DNA of 64,000 nucleotides from Haliotis rufescens (taxonomy: Eukaryota), in contig NW_025963890.1 in the NCBI RefSeq assembly GCF_023055435.1, forward strand, positions 48,608,001 through 48,672,000, written 5' to 3'. Positions 13,113 to 25,235 of this stretch are shown here, one piece after another; position 1 is the first letter of the stretch, and the number at the start of each line of letters is the position of its first letter. A program made the position numbers and the translations under genes. Below the pieces are notes generated by a model that worked only from the letters and a program-made list of their open reading frames with translations, searched no databases and was not told the DNA's origin.

Positions 13113-13932
13113 CCGTACGTCACACGTGTGTCGTACAAGGTTGACCTTGTTTTATTCGTTTTGATTGGATAACCGTGACCTCTGTCACACCGGGACTACT
13201 TTTTTCATTCATAAAAAATCGCGAGACATTATTCATTTTGCAAATATAAGGCAGAACTGAAGAAATTAATGAGAACGAGAGATATTTACAAACACTTTTT
13301 TAAACCAAACAAAATAGTCACACGCATCAAATTCGGTTTGCATTATATATAAGTTACGCATAGAGCTTCTACAGACAATATATATTCGAGCTATATCCAT
13401 TTACAATGTACCAGTACCGATCAATAGAGCGAGGGTCCCCATGAGCCTGACGCACCTGACCACTTTCGCAACTCTCAATTTGATTTAACGTAAAAGGATA
13501 AGCATGGTGAAGTGAAGTCAGTTTTAACTATCTGGACAGATATCTAGACTTACTTGGGATGATCCGGTTGTGCCATCAGTGTCCCCTTCGAAGCATATTT
13601 TGTGGCGCTGTTTCGGGAGGTGTTGTTCATGAATGAACATACACGACTGCACGACCAGATCACTAACAGTGAACAGTTCTGATACAAATCATTCGAAAAC
13701 AACCAGATTTTGCAACCGGTTTTAGTTTGGTCAACGAACGAAAGTTGTTATGTATTTACACTTAAATATATATTTAACGTGGGTAATAAATAAAATACCA
13801 CACTCATTCTCGTTAGATACCATTTTTACGAAACTTGCGAAACGAGCGAAAGCGAGGTCAGATACCATAGAAAGTTCGCGAGTTTCGTAAAAATGGTATC
13901 TAACGAGTATAAGTGTAGTATTCTCTATATAT
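13113..13932. mobile_element. Non-autonomous DNA element with a terminal long hairpin (Crypton/Helitron-like; class uncertain)
   Basis: 48-bp inverted arms at 13794-13841 and 13875-13922, ending in ttctctatat. The body is CpG-rich relative to its flanks. Confidence 0.55.
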
Positions 13933-14522
13933 CTACCCTTCTATTCTGGTTACATTAGGTTCTGGGGTAGAGTGCAAGAAATGGCGATTTTTCTTTTTTT
14001 AAATTTTTTTTTCTTCAATTATATGATACTACAGAGTTATACATTGAGTAGCACGTTATGTGGTATACTTATTAGATGTATGTTACATACCTATACAGCA
14101 GACAGCAAATTTAAGTTGGCTACAGGTGTACAACAATGTTCACAAATGGTGAAGCGGGCAGGCTACATTTGCCATGTTTATTAACTAAGTCTGAAGCTAA
14201 ATCTTTACAGCACATTAGTGGAAATTGTTCATGTTAAAAAAAGAAGAAGACATATTAACTAGACAATTCATTTGCCAAATTTTTCCATTTTCTGTCGAAC
14301 TGTCTTATTGTATTGTTTTTGTGTGCAATTGATTTCTCTATCCGAAATATATCTATTAAAGTCTTCAGAAACTTCTCAAGTGACAATGTTTTTCTTAATA
14401 CTTGATACATGTATATATATTTTGCATGCCAGTATGATGTTATTTAACAGAATGTTAGAGTTCTACCCAAGTAAAACAGAGCATTTTGAAAATGTAAATT
14501 GTTTTGAAATGGCGATTTTTAT

Positions 14523-15131
14523 CAAGAGTAAGCAAGGCAAAAAGTGAGTAGGGCTCACTAATACCCTCAACCTCGACTCCAACATATTTTTAAGTTCAAA
14601 CATGAAAAAGCAATATTTTCTCAGAAAATCCACGTATCAAAATCAAACTTTGCACTGGACCTCTCCTATTGGTATAGAGACTGTAGGGTCCTAGTACATG
14701 GGTCGCACAAATGTTGAAGTAAAAACAATTCTATGTTAAAAACATGGAAAATATATTCTTTCAGAAAATACACATATCAAGAATCAAACTTTGCACTGCA
14801 CCTCTTTTGTTAGTATGGAAACTGTTCACTAAATATGAAAAGAATCCATGTAGTAGTATTCAAGTTATAGGTTGCAAAAATGTTTAAGTAAAAATATTCT
14901 GAGTCAAAATATGAAAAAAAGCTGTATTTTTTCAGAAAATCCAAACACTGAAATCAAACTTCACACCACCTCCCTCCTATTGGTGAAGAAAGTGTTCACC
15001 AAGTTTGAAAAGAATCTGTTAAGTAGTTTTCAAGTTATAGGTCGCACAGAAAAATGTCCTCGGAAGGACCGAGGGATGGAATTCCTTGTTATAACTATTT
15101 TCCCCACAGGCTTTTAAGTAAGGGGTATAAG
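14523..15131 (+). mobile_element. Non-autonomous Helentron/HINE-like element with about 3 internal 140-170-bp core repeats
   Basis: caagag- start; repeats aatcaaactttgcactg.acctc at about 14641, 14782 and 14952; 3' cccc...ggggtataa terminal hairpin. Confidence 0.65.
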
Positions 15132-15448
15132 AATGACAAGTAAGTAATGACACAAAGATCAAATTTAGTCAAAAGTTATCTTTGCCCAGACGAAAATGAT
15201 TGACAGGCCAGGTTGTGCATGAAGCTCATTCCACAGCATGAGTGAGAATACTGAGTGCATGTTATCCAGATAGTCCCTGCTCAAGGGCACTCAATGATGA
15301 AAATATAGATCATCATTTGCATCTTATCACTCATACTCATCCAAACATGTTTACCTTCTTATCACAAGTGTAAAAACTTCCCATTGCAATTTTAAACAAG
15401 TGATTAATAATTGGTTGTATATGTGACAATACCTGTAGCAAGGTAATT

Positions 15449-15670
15449 AGTGAGTGAGTTGTGTTGTTTAACACTGCTTTTAACAGTATTCCAGTTATAT
15501 CGCGGCGTGTCAGCTTAATGTGGGAGGAAAGCCCGAAGAGATGCAGGTCTTAGACGTTTACCACTTCGGTGAAACCCACGAGCACGGGTATGGTGCTGAC
15601 AAACCTAGAAACATAATCGGGGCGAACCGGGATTCGAACCCACAATCATAGGTTTCTGGCGTGCCCAAGG
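15449..15670 (-). mobile_element. SINE family C (V-domain-like), 5'-truncated
   Basis: Near identical to 16041-16312 and flanked by a ggtaatta duplication. Confidence 0.85.
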
Positions 15671-15807
15671 TAATTAATGATAATATTTTTCACAAAATTC
15701 ATAACATATTTCACTTTACTGTATTGGTGACTCTGGGGGTAGAAAATGGTAAGGATTGAGCAAAAGCATAATGGTCAAGTAGTACGTACTTGGAACACTA
15801 TCACAAT

Positions 15808-15975
15808 GAGTGAGTGAGTGAGTATTGTTTTACTCCATTTTTAGCCATATTCAAGCAATATCACGGCAAGGGACACCAGAAATGGTCTTCACACATTGCA
15901 CCCATGTGGGGAATCAAACTCGAGTCTTCAGCATGACAAGTGAACGCACAACCACTAGGCTACCCAACCATCCCT
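15808..15975 (-). mobile_element. SINE family B (tRNA-Asp-like head)
   Basis: (GTGA)n tail on +, with the family body and a degenerate A/B-box head. Confidence 0.85.
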
Positions 15976-16040
15976 GTATCAAAATGCTATAATGGTGTGT
16001 GTGAGTGTGAGTGTGAGTGTGAGAACACAGCCTGTTGTGA

Positions 16041-16312
16041 GTGAGTCGGGTTTAATGCTGCTTTTAACAGTATTCCAGTTACATCACAGCGTGTCAGCTT
16101 AATGTGGAAGGAAAGCCCGAAGTGATGCAGGTCTCAGACGTTTACCACTTCGGTGAAACCCATGAGCATGGGTATGGTACTGACAAGCCTAGAAACATAA
16201 TCGGGGCGAACTGGGATTCGAACCCACAATCATAGGTTTCTGGCGTGCCCAAGGGACGCAACCCTGCAGAGCGAATCGCGGTCACCTTAGACGACTGGGC
16301 CACCCGTGCCCC
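16041..16312 (-). mobile_element. SINE family C, full length (tRNA-derived head, V-like domain, Nimb/I-type tail)
   Basis: On - strand: A box TGGCCCAGTCGTCTAAGG, B box GGTTCGAATCCC, V-like gtgggtttc...ttcctcccaca body. 15-bp TSD cacagcctgttgtga at 16026-16040 and 16313-16327. Confidence 0.92.
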
Positions 16313-17362
16313 CACAGCCTGTTGTGACTCAGCTGTATTACTTAGTTCTGACAATCATGTCTTATTGTTTGCTTGTCGAGATAAAGTACAAGTGAAACTT
16401 ATGAGCATGTGTATCTGGCTGACACAGGAAAAAAAATTCAAGCCAGTTCCTTGGATTCAGACCCATAATCAGCAAATCCTGACATTGCAAAGGGATGCAA
16501 CTCTGCACAACAACTCACCTCCTCCATGTTCTTCATCAAGAACAAACTGACAAAAGGTCCTCTCTACCATATCAGTCCTTACATCTTAAGAGTTTTTACT
16601 AAATGTAAACGTTGAAATGGTAATTCATCCCTCATTTTATTAAATGACACAACCAACATGGGATAGGCTTGTTTTCTTTAACGAGTCCTCCTAGCTCAAA
16701 TTACCTTCTACAAAGAAACTATCCGCGTGCGAAGAACATCATTATGAAAATGTGCTCTGACAACGCTGACGTCTCAGGTTTGTCCCAGGTCTGAACGATC
16801 AGACTCTGATTACATTACCTTTTATTGCATTATCACCAGTAATATATAGCAATATGCATCACTATGCATCACTATGTATCATGACAAGCTGGACTGTTGG
16901 AGCTGAAAACCATATCCGAAATATTTGAATCCTAAATCTCATCATACAGTACCTCCCATCCCTGCCCCAAGAGTATGCTAACACAAGCATCGAGAGACTG
17001 GGACAAATTTTAGTCCAGACACAAAAAAGTCTCATATATCTGCAATTAAATATTTCAAGCTGTCACCTGCCTGCCAAGCTCTGTAAACCTGATACCGACT
17101 GATATGCATCTCCGCTTAACGAGTACAGGTGAGGTTCGACCTTGCCCTCGTGACACACACACCTGTATTTCTAGCACGCAAGTGAACCAGTTCAGAAAGG
17201 CATTGGTTGGAGGTTGTGTAGAGCCTTCAAGCTTTCACTTATCTAATAGGGTAACCTACAGACTATTTATAATGGAAAAGTACTTTTATTTCATAAGTGT
17301 ATTGAGGGATCATTTCCCCAGCTCACCAAGGGAAAGTACATTTGGCACACACAACTGACCAC

Positions 17363-17756
17363 TGTTTGTTATTTGTTGTCACACTCAGCAACATTCCAGC
17401 TTTATGATGGCAGTCTGTAAATAATCGAGTCTGGACCAGACAATCCTGTGATTTACATCATGAGCGCTGATCCACGCAATTGGGATACGATGACAAGAAT
17501 CAACCAAGTCAGCTAGCCTGACCAACCGATCCTGTTAGTCGCCTCTTACAACAAGCAAAGTTGACTTTTACGGCAAGCATGGGTTGCTGAAGACCTATTC
17601 TACCCTGGATCCTCACGGCAAGCATGGGTTGCTGAAGACCTATTCTACCCCGGATCTTCACGGCAAGCATGGGTTGCTGAAGACCTATTCTACCCCGGAT
17701 CTTCACAGCAAGCATGGGTTGCTGAACACCTATTCTACCCCGGATCTTCACGAGTC
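17363..17756 (-). mobile_element. SINE family A with the 5' 45-bp module in four copies
   Basis: Four tandem cggcaagcatgggttgctgaagacctattctaccccggatcttca units at 17571-17752. Confidence 0.9.
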
Positions 17757-17880
17757 TGATTTGTGGATAGGAATATATGAATCACATTCTTGTTGGGCAT
17801 AACATCATATCAAAAGCAGCCCTAGAAATAAAGAAAGCCAATTTGAAATTATACATCAACTGAACAATGTGTCCACTTCT

Positions 17881-18192
17881 CAGTGTTTGAAATAATTAGA
17901 AAACCCCCAAAGAAAGTCGGCCAGATGATCAACCCATAAGTGTTGCCTGGCCATCTTCAAAGTTACCTACCGCCTGCATTCACACATCATAAATAACAAA
18001 ACATCGCAAGAAATAAGAGACAAATCGCATCTTGATTCAGTTGAAATACTGCGAACAATTTAAGTAAATAATAAAAATGAATAGGTAAGTACTCTTAAAA
18101 TTATCTGCCAGACAGTCGGGCAGGTGGAGAAAATATAATGCATCCCGACAGAAAAGTTACCAGCCACGGGCAGGCAGTGATTTCACACAATG
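17881..18192. mobile_element. hAT-type MITE
   Basis: Imperfect TIR CAGTGTTTGAAAT / ATTTCACACAATG with an exact 8-bp TSD CCACTTCT (17873-17880, 18193-18200). Confidence 0.8.
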
Positions 18193-18421
18193 CCACTTCT
18201 TCAAGGCAATGAATAGCTCGCCACAAAATAGCAGATGTAAATATTCACGTATTGTACACAGCAAAGCCTGCAGAACGTTCATGATATTTGACCCTACTTC
18301 GCTTACAACAAAAAAGGAATAAATCTTAAGATCGTACATTCCATGTCTTCTATTGGTCAAATCTGTGTTTTGCATTCAAGCTGACCAATGACAAAGGCTT
18401 ATAAGAGGTTATTATTCAATT

Positions 18422-18737
18422 GACCGTCTCCGTGGTCTCGTGGTAGAGCGTCTGCCCGGAGAGCGGAAGGTCCAGGGTTCGATACCAACAAACGTCAAAA
18501 GATGGTACTTGTTGTTACCCTGTATGAAGCTAAAACAAGGACTGGTTGGCTTAGAGTCAGTATACTGTGTCTGAGTGGGGTATTCATGTTAAACTGCGGC
18601 ATGGTATCTCAGTGGGCTAGCACTATAAATCGGCATTAGTCTGGTCTAATACAAGCAGCCACACACACATGTGCATGTACGTTGCTATATAAGTGCAATA
18701 ATCTTGGACAAGACGTTAGACCCTATTTCACCTCACC
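18422..18737 (+). mobile_element. SINE family D (tRNA head plus Meta/Deu-like body)
   Basis: A box tggtctcgtgg, B box ggttcgatacc, Meta-like aaagatggtacttgttgttaccctg, (TCACC)n tail. 13-bp TSD ttattRttcaatt (18409-18421, 18738-18750). Confidence 0.88.
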
Positions 18738-19540
18738 TTATTGTTCAATTATATAAGATACCTACGTGATAACTCACAAAGAACAATGAACAATAAACAA
18801 ACTGTGGTTTATTTCCTGACAAAACATTGTTCTATCATGACATCATTTCAGGAGATTCGAACATGCGCTCGCAACTTGATGACGTATATTGGAGGACGTT
18901 ATGTTTGAGAGGGATGTGTCTCGTGAGTTGTTCCCCTTAGTTGTAGCTGGGCAACGTAGATAAATGCAATGGCTGAATGATCGCCTCCAAAAGCAGGAGT
19001 GATATGACAATCGTCATTCGGAGAAAAGGCGTCAGTAATCGACATAAGGATTGTGAGAATATGCCACTGCCCAAGTGGGAATCTATTGAAGGAGTCATTA
19101 TTATTTAAATACGGGTAAATATTTTTAAAGCTTGTACATTTTTCATCATTCTAGAAGAGGCTGTACATAATGTTGATATCTCACGCAGCTCCATGGTTTA
19201 TTCTTCCTGCAGTGTTTTATTGTACGATAAACGACCATGAGCCATTTATTTCTTATATATACACTGAGGTATAGAAAGTTAGTATTCATTTCTACACTGA
19301 AGCATAAAAAAGTCCTAACTGCCGATCTATCTGTCCCACTGAATCTGGTAGCAAGCAGGTTAGGCCAAGAAAATACACGGCTGTTCCTGGTTTCCCTTGT
19401 GTAGTTCACTTCAAACCATGAGGTCTCTGTCCAGGGGCCCGTTCCACAAAGCAATCTTAACGCTAGGTCTGACATAAGTCTATTTAAAGTATGGGAGCTA
19501 CTATCGTCTAAGCGCAACCATTGCTGTGTGGAACAGGGCG

Positions 19541-19922
19541 CAGAGCTGTAACGATTCACCGATACCTACAATATCAGCGATACTTAGGTACACAAGACTC
19601 TTGACTCGTCAGTTTGTGAGATCGCGATATGCTATAAATAGAAGAGGAACTAAAGAGTTATCTCCCATAATGGCAGAACACAAGGACGTAGTAGCTGAGG
19701 ACGCGCCGACTACCGGTAACTGTTACATCAGATAGCAACTCTTCATTTAACACTGTTTTGTTCTCGTGGTTTTCTTTGTTAAAGTCCTTGAGATAATAAA
19801 TGTATGAAGAAAGAGGTTTTAGAGTTGTATTTCAGTGATTTCATTATTTCTTACGATTTGATGTGGTGTATCGTATTGTGATACAAATTGTATCGCAGGA
19901 TACCAGGTGATACTCAGCTCTA
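19541..19922. mobile_element. hAT-like MITE inside the triplicated unit (further copies at about 20913-21292 and 22284-22689)
   Basis: Ends cagagctg...cagctcta with clustered subterminal cgatac/gtatcg motifs. No intact TSD. Confidence 0.6.
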
Positions 19923-22900
19923 TTTCTGTCAAATCTTATCAATCTTTTCCAAATTCCAACTGACCTATTTATGCTTAGGCAATATTCTTAATCACACGGT
20001 AACAACAAAATTTTCAGACATGGTGTTTGAAATAAAAATCAAACATATTATTTGATCACGTGAAAAGTTATGAAAAGGTTGCAAGTCCAATATTGATATG
20101 TTTTACAAAATGTTCCATTTTATAAGCAAATATACCTGACAAGAAAAAATATATGTCTTTATTTGTTTTCTTGCTGTTGCATGTTTGTGAAATATGGGTC
20201 ACGGGAGGGAACAAGACCCAAGCAATTGAAACAAAGACTTGTCTGAGGGTATGTTACCTGAAACAAGTAAACATCTTCTGGCCTTTCAATGATACGTGAC
20301 AATCAACGCTCACTGCTATCAGCTACTTATGTTGAAAAGGGGTTTAAAAATACTGGGTTTAGTACAGAAAGGTGGCGTGACCATAGTTTGTGATAAATAC
20401 AGACGATAAAAGTAATGCGTTGTGCACTTGTGTTGATATATTTGATATCAAAAGACACTCGGGTGAGATTCTCTATTTATCAATACATATAAAATGACTG
20501 CTAACTGACCATGCTGATCCTTGAATTTAGACGCACATCAGGAATTACAGAAGCCAAGCAGCTCCATGGTTTATTCTTCCTGCCTTGTTTTATTGTACGA
20601 TAAACGACCATGAGCCGTTTATTTCTTATATATACACTGAGGTATAGAAAGTTAGTATTCATTTCTACACTGAAGCATAGAAAGTCCTAACTGCCGATCT
20701 ATCTGTCCCACTGACACTGGTAGCAAGCAGGTTAGGCCAAGAAAATACACGGCTGTTCCTGGTTTCCCTTGTGTAGTTCGCTTCAAACCATGAGGTCTCT
20801 GTCCAGGGGCCCGTTCCACAAAGCAATCTTAACGCTAGGTCTGACATAAGTCTATTTAAAGTATGGGAGCTACTATCGTCTAAGCGCAACCATTGCTGTG
20901 TGGAACAGGGCGCAGAGCTGTAACGATTCACCGATACCTACAGTATCAGCGATACTTAGGTACTCAAGACTCTTGACTCGTCAGTTTGTGAGATCGTGAT
21001 ATGCTATAAATAGAAGAGGAACTAAAGAGTTATCTCCCATAATGGCAGAACACAAGGACGTAGTAGCTGAGGACGCGCCGACTACCGGTAACTGTTACAT
21101 CAGATAGCAACTCTTCATTTAACACTGTTTTGTTCTCGTGGTTTTCCTTGTTAAAGTTCTTGAGATAATAAATGTATGGGAAAGAGGTTTTAGAGCTGTA
21201 TTTCAGTGATTTCATTATTTCTTACGATTTGATGTGGTGTATCGTATTGTGATACAAATTGTATCGCAGGATACCAGGTGATACTCAGCTCTATTTCTGT
21301 CAAATCTTATCAATCTTTTCCAAATTCCAACTGACCTATTTATGCTTAGGCAATATTCTTAATCACACGGTAACAACAAAATTTTCAGACATGGTGTTTG
21401 AAATAAAAATCAAACATATTATTTGATCACGTGAAAAGTTATGAAAAGGTTGCAAGTCCAATATTGATATGTTTTACAAAATGTTCCATTTTATAAGCAA
21501 ATATACCTGACAAGAAAAAATATATGTCTTTATTTGTTTTCTTGCTGTTGCATGTTTGTGAAATATGGGTCACGGGAGGGAACAAGACCCAAGCAATTGA
21601 AACAAAGACTTGTCTGAGGGTATGTTACCTGAAACAAGTAAACATCTTCTGGCCTTTCAATGATACGTGACAATCAACGCTCACTGCTATCAGCTACTTA
21701 TGTTGAAAAGGGGTTTAAAAATACTGGGTTTAGTACAGAAAGGTAGCGTGACCATAGTTTGTGCATAAATACAGACGATAAAAGTAATGCGTCGTGCAAT
21801 TGTGTTGATATATTTGATATCAAAAGACACTCAGGTGAGATTCTCTATTTATCAATACATAAAAATGACTGCTAACTGACCATGCTGATCCTTGAATTTA
21901 GACGCACATCAGGAATTACAGAAGCCAAGCAGCTCCATGGTTTATTCTTCCTGCAGTGTTTTATTGTACGATAAACGACCATGAGCCATTTATTTCTTAT
22001 ATATACACTGAGGTATAGAAAGTTAGTATTCATTTCTACACTGAAGCATAGAAAGTCCTAACTGCCGATCTATCTGTCCCACTGAATCTGGTAGCAAGCA
22101 GGTTAGGCCAAGAAAATACACGGCTGTTCCTGGTTTCCCTTGCATAGTTCGCTTCAAACCATGAGGTCTCTGTCCAGGGGCCCGTTCCACAAAGCAATCT
22201 AAACGCTAGGTCTGACATAAGTCTATTTAAAGTATGGGAGCTACTATCGTCTAAGCACAACGATTGCTGTGTGGAACAGGGCGCAGAGCTGTAACGATTC
22301 ACCGATACCTACAATATCAGCGATACTTAGGTACACAAGACTCTTGACTCGTCAGTTTGTGAGATCGCGATATGCTATAAATAGAAGAGGAACTAAAGAG
22401 TTATCTCCCATAATGGCAGAACACAAGGACGTAGTAGCTGAGGACGCGCCGACTACCGGTAACTGTTACATCAGATAGCAACTCTTCATTTAACACTGTT
22501 TTGTTCTCGTGGTTTTCTTTGTTAAAGTTCTTGAGATAATAAATGTATGGGAAAGAGGTTTCAGAGCTGTATTTCAGTGATTTTATTATTTCTTACGATT
22601 TGATGTGGTGTATCGCCATACCAGTTGTATCGTCAGTTTGTATTGTGATACAAATTGTATCGCAAGATACCAGGTGATACTCTGCTCTGTTTCTGTCAAA
22701 TCTTATCAGTCTTTTCCAAATTCCTACTGACATATTTATGCTAAGGTCATTTTCTTAATCACACGGCAACAAATTGTGTTTCAGACATGGTGTTTGAAAT
22801 AAAAATCAAACATATTATTTGATCACGTGAAAAGTTATGAAAAGGTTGCAAGTCCAATATAGATGTTTTTTACAAAATGTTCCATTTTATAAGCAAGTAA

Positions 22901-22990
22901 ACCTGACAAGAAAATATGTCTTTTCTTGCTGTTGCATGTTTGTGAAATATGGGTCACGGGAGGGAACAAGACCCAAGCAATTGAAACAAA

Positions 22991-23156
22991 GTGAGTGAGT
23001 GAGTATTGTTTTACGCCGCTTTTAGCAATATTCCAGCAATATCACGGCGGGGGACACCAGAAATGGATTTCACACATTGTACCCATGTCGGGAATCGAAC
23101 CCGGGTCTTCGGCGTGACGAGCGAACGCTTTAACCACTAGGCTACCCGACCGCCCC
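22991..23156 (-). mobile_element. SINE family B, full length and young
   Basis: - strand GGGGCGGTCGGGTAGCCTAGTGGTTAAAGCG...GTCACGCC...GGGTTCGATTCCC. TSD aattgaaacaaa, with the empty site visible in the other two units of the triplication. Confidence 0.95.
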
Positions 23157-24191
23157 AATTGAAACAAAGACTTGTCTGAGGGTATGTTACCTGAAACAAG
23201 TAAACATCTTCTGGCCTTTCAATGATACGTGACAATCAACGCTCACTGCTATCAGCTACTTATGTTGAAAAGGGGTTAAAAAATACTGGGTTTAGTACAG
23301 AAAGGTAACATGACCACAGTGTGTGCATAAATACAGACGATAAAAGTAATGTGTCGTGCACTTGTGTTGATATAGTTGATATCAAAAGACACTCGGGTGA
23401 GATTCTCCATTTATCAATACATAAAAATGACTGTTAACTGACCATGCTGATCCTTGAATTTAGACGCACATCAGGAATTACGGAAGCCAAGCCATTATCT
23501 GAATACAAGAATGAAGCCACAACTACCCCCCCCCCCACCCCCCTAACAGAAACCTTATCACCACACCTCTTTGGGGGGATGCCTTTAGATTGCAAAGAAG
23601 CTAAATGGGAGAAGTTTCTTTGAGGTAGGACGTTCTAAAAACATGAAGTTGCTGCAACCTTGAAGAGAAGTCGACCCATATGTGCCCCATCAGAATCTGG
23701 GGAGCATTATCTGTTTCATACAACCTTGACCTTTGATATTTGCGCTACATTTGCCTCTTGTTCAGTTCTGGGAGGATGCCATTGCAAGTCTAATGCGCAA
23801 TACCCTCAGCTGGTGTTGGGAAATAAGCACCTTTGCTTCAAATTGAGTTATATGGAACAACAAATCTGACATGTTGTCCCACTTCCAGGCCTGGAAAATG
23901 ATTCATGCGGTTTACCACTTGAGCATAAAAGTATGTAACTTCCCAAGTATCAGAGGCAACTAACACTCTGAATGTATTAGAATTAAAGGGAGAAGGAACA
24001 GACAAGTTTCAGTCTTAAAAAACATGTAATCCAATTCTCTTGACATTTCTAGTCTTTTTAGCTCCCAATAAGGTAAAATGTTCCATTGATTTAATCTTAA
24101 CATTATTATTAAGTGACATGGATGAGTCAAAAGTGTTGAAGATGGATAACTGAAGGACACTTCTCTTGGTGATTTCATGTGGAGGTGATGT

Positions 24192-24437
24192 TTGTTTGTT
24201 TGTTGTTAAATATTCGGCCTATATGACGGTCTATAAATAATCGAGTTTGGACCAGACAATCGAGTGATATGCCTCATGAGCATCAATCTTCGCAATTGGG
24301 ATACGATGACATGCATCAGCCAAGTCAGTGAGCCTGAACACCCAATCCCGTTAGTCGCCTCTTACGACAAGCATAGTCGCCTTTTACAGCAAGCATGGGT
24401 TGTTCAAGGCCTATTCTACCCCTGTTCTTGATGGGTC
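24192..24437 (-). mobile_element. SINE family A, full length
   Basis: 12-bp TSD tggaggtgatgt (24180-24191, 24438-24449) fixes the 5' end at GACCC. Confidence 0.92.
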
Positions 24438-25098
24438 TGGAGGTGATGTGTATATCGAGTGTCTCTCTATACAGTGTTTTCTAGATATGTAGACAACAGT
24501 TTAAAATGAGACAACAAACACAGACACTAAAGTTGCTGTCATCAATGATATTCAAACATTTTCTACATAAACACTGTGGCCTAAAAACGATAACTAAAAT
24601 CTAATGATCTGAACAAGTCATGACATAGAGAAATATACATGCCAATGTTCAGCTTCCTCATGCTGGCAATTCTATGGGCGGACAAGTTTACAGAACAAAA
24701 TATGCCTTATGAGGGAATTTAAGAGCAGGGTCAAATATAGGTAAATATAATAAACATATTGCAAAAAATGCAAATAACATCTGTACTTAAAATATGAAAA
24801 TTGGAATAAGTGCTGATCCCGACGACTAACTATAAACCATTTTACATTTCAGTTTGAACAAAAATGACTCAGTAATGGCCATAAATAGCTTACTCATGGT
24901 TGATGAGGCGGCCATACTACAAATCGGATAGGGACCCTTTGAACAAATAGGGGTGCCATCATTGAGAAGAAGCATGTGACACACCCACTGACTATGGACA
25001 AATAGGCCACAACGTAAGCTCACTTGACTTGGCCGAGCTAAAAACTAATGATTTCTGTTTCCAGTGATCACTTCAATTTGCATCTGTCACTGCAATAC

Positions 25099-25231
25099 CT
25101 GATGTGATAAACTGACATATGGAGCAGAAAAACCCATCTAGCTCCCCTGCTGGGAGAAACAAGAGGCAAGGTGGAGCTGACAGGACAGAGCATGCAGCTG
25201 CAACACCACACACAGTACAGCAATATTGGAC
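25099..25231 (-). other. Candidate 133-bp internal exon of an unidentified minus-strand gene
   Basis: About 190-nt pyrimidine tract ending ttttttccag| and donor CAG|GTATTG. Open frame VQYCCTVCGVAAACSVLSAPPCLLFLPAGELDGFFCSICQFITS(G). No homology recognised. Confidence 0.25.
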
Positions 25232-25235
25232 CTGG

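Larger units (their letters stand above)
19185..23492. repeat. Tandem triplication of a 1.37-kb segment (units start at 19185, 20558, 21929)
   Basis: Near-identical units joined at a 2-bp GC microhomology (gaagccaaGC|agctccatgg). Unit 3 carries a SINE insertion. Confidence 0.95.

Noticed and set aside
19146-22478. Repeated ORFs in the triplication as a gene family
   Set aside because: No homology recognised, stops differ between copies, and they overlap a MITE.
23085-23156. Functional tRNA-Asp gene
   Set aside because: No acceptor-stem pairing; it is followed by SINE body and tail and flanked by a TSD.
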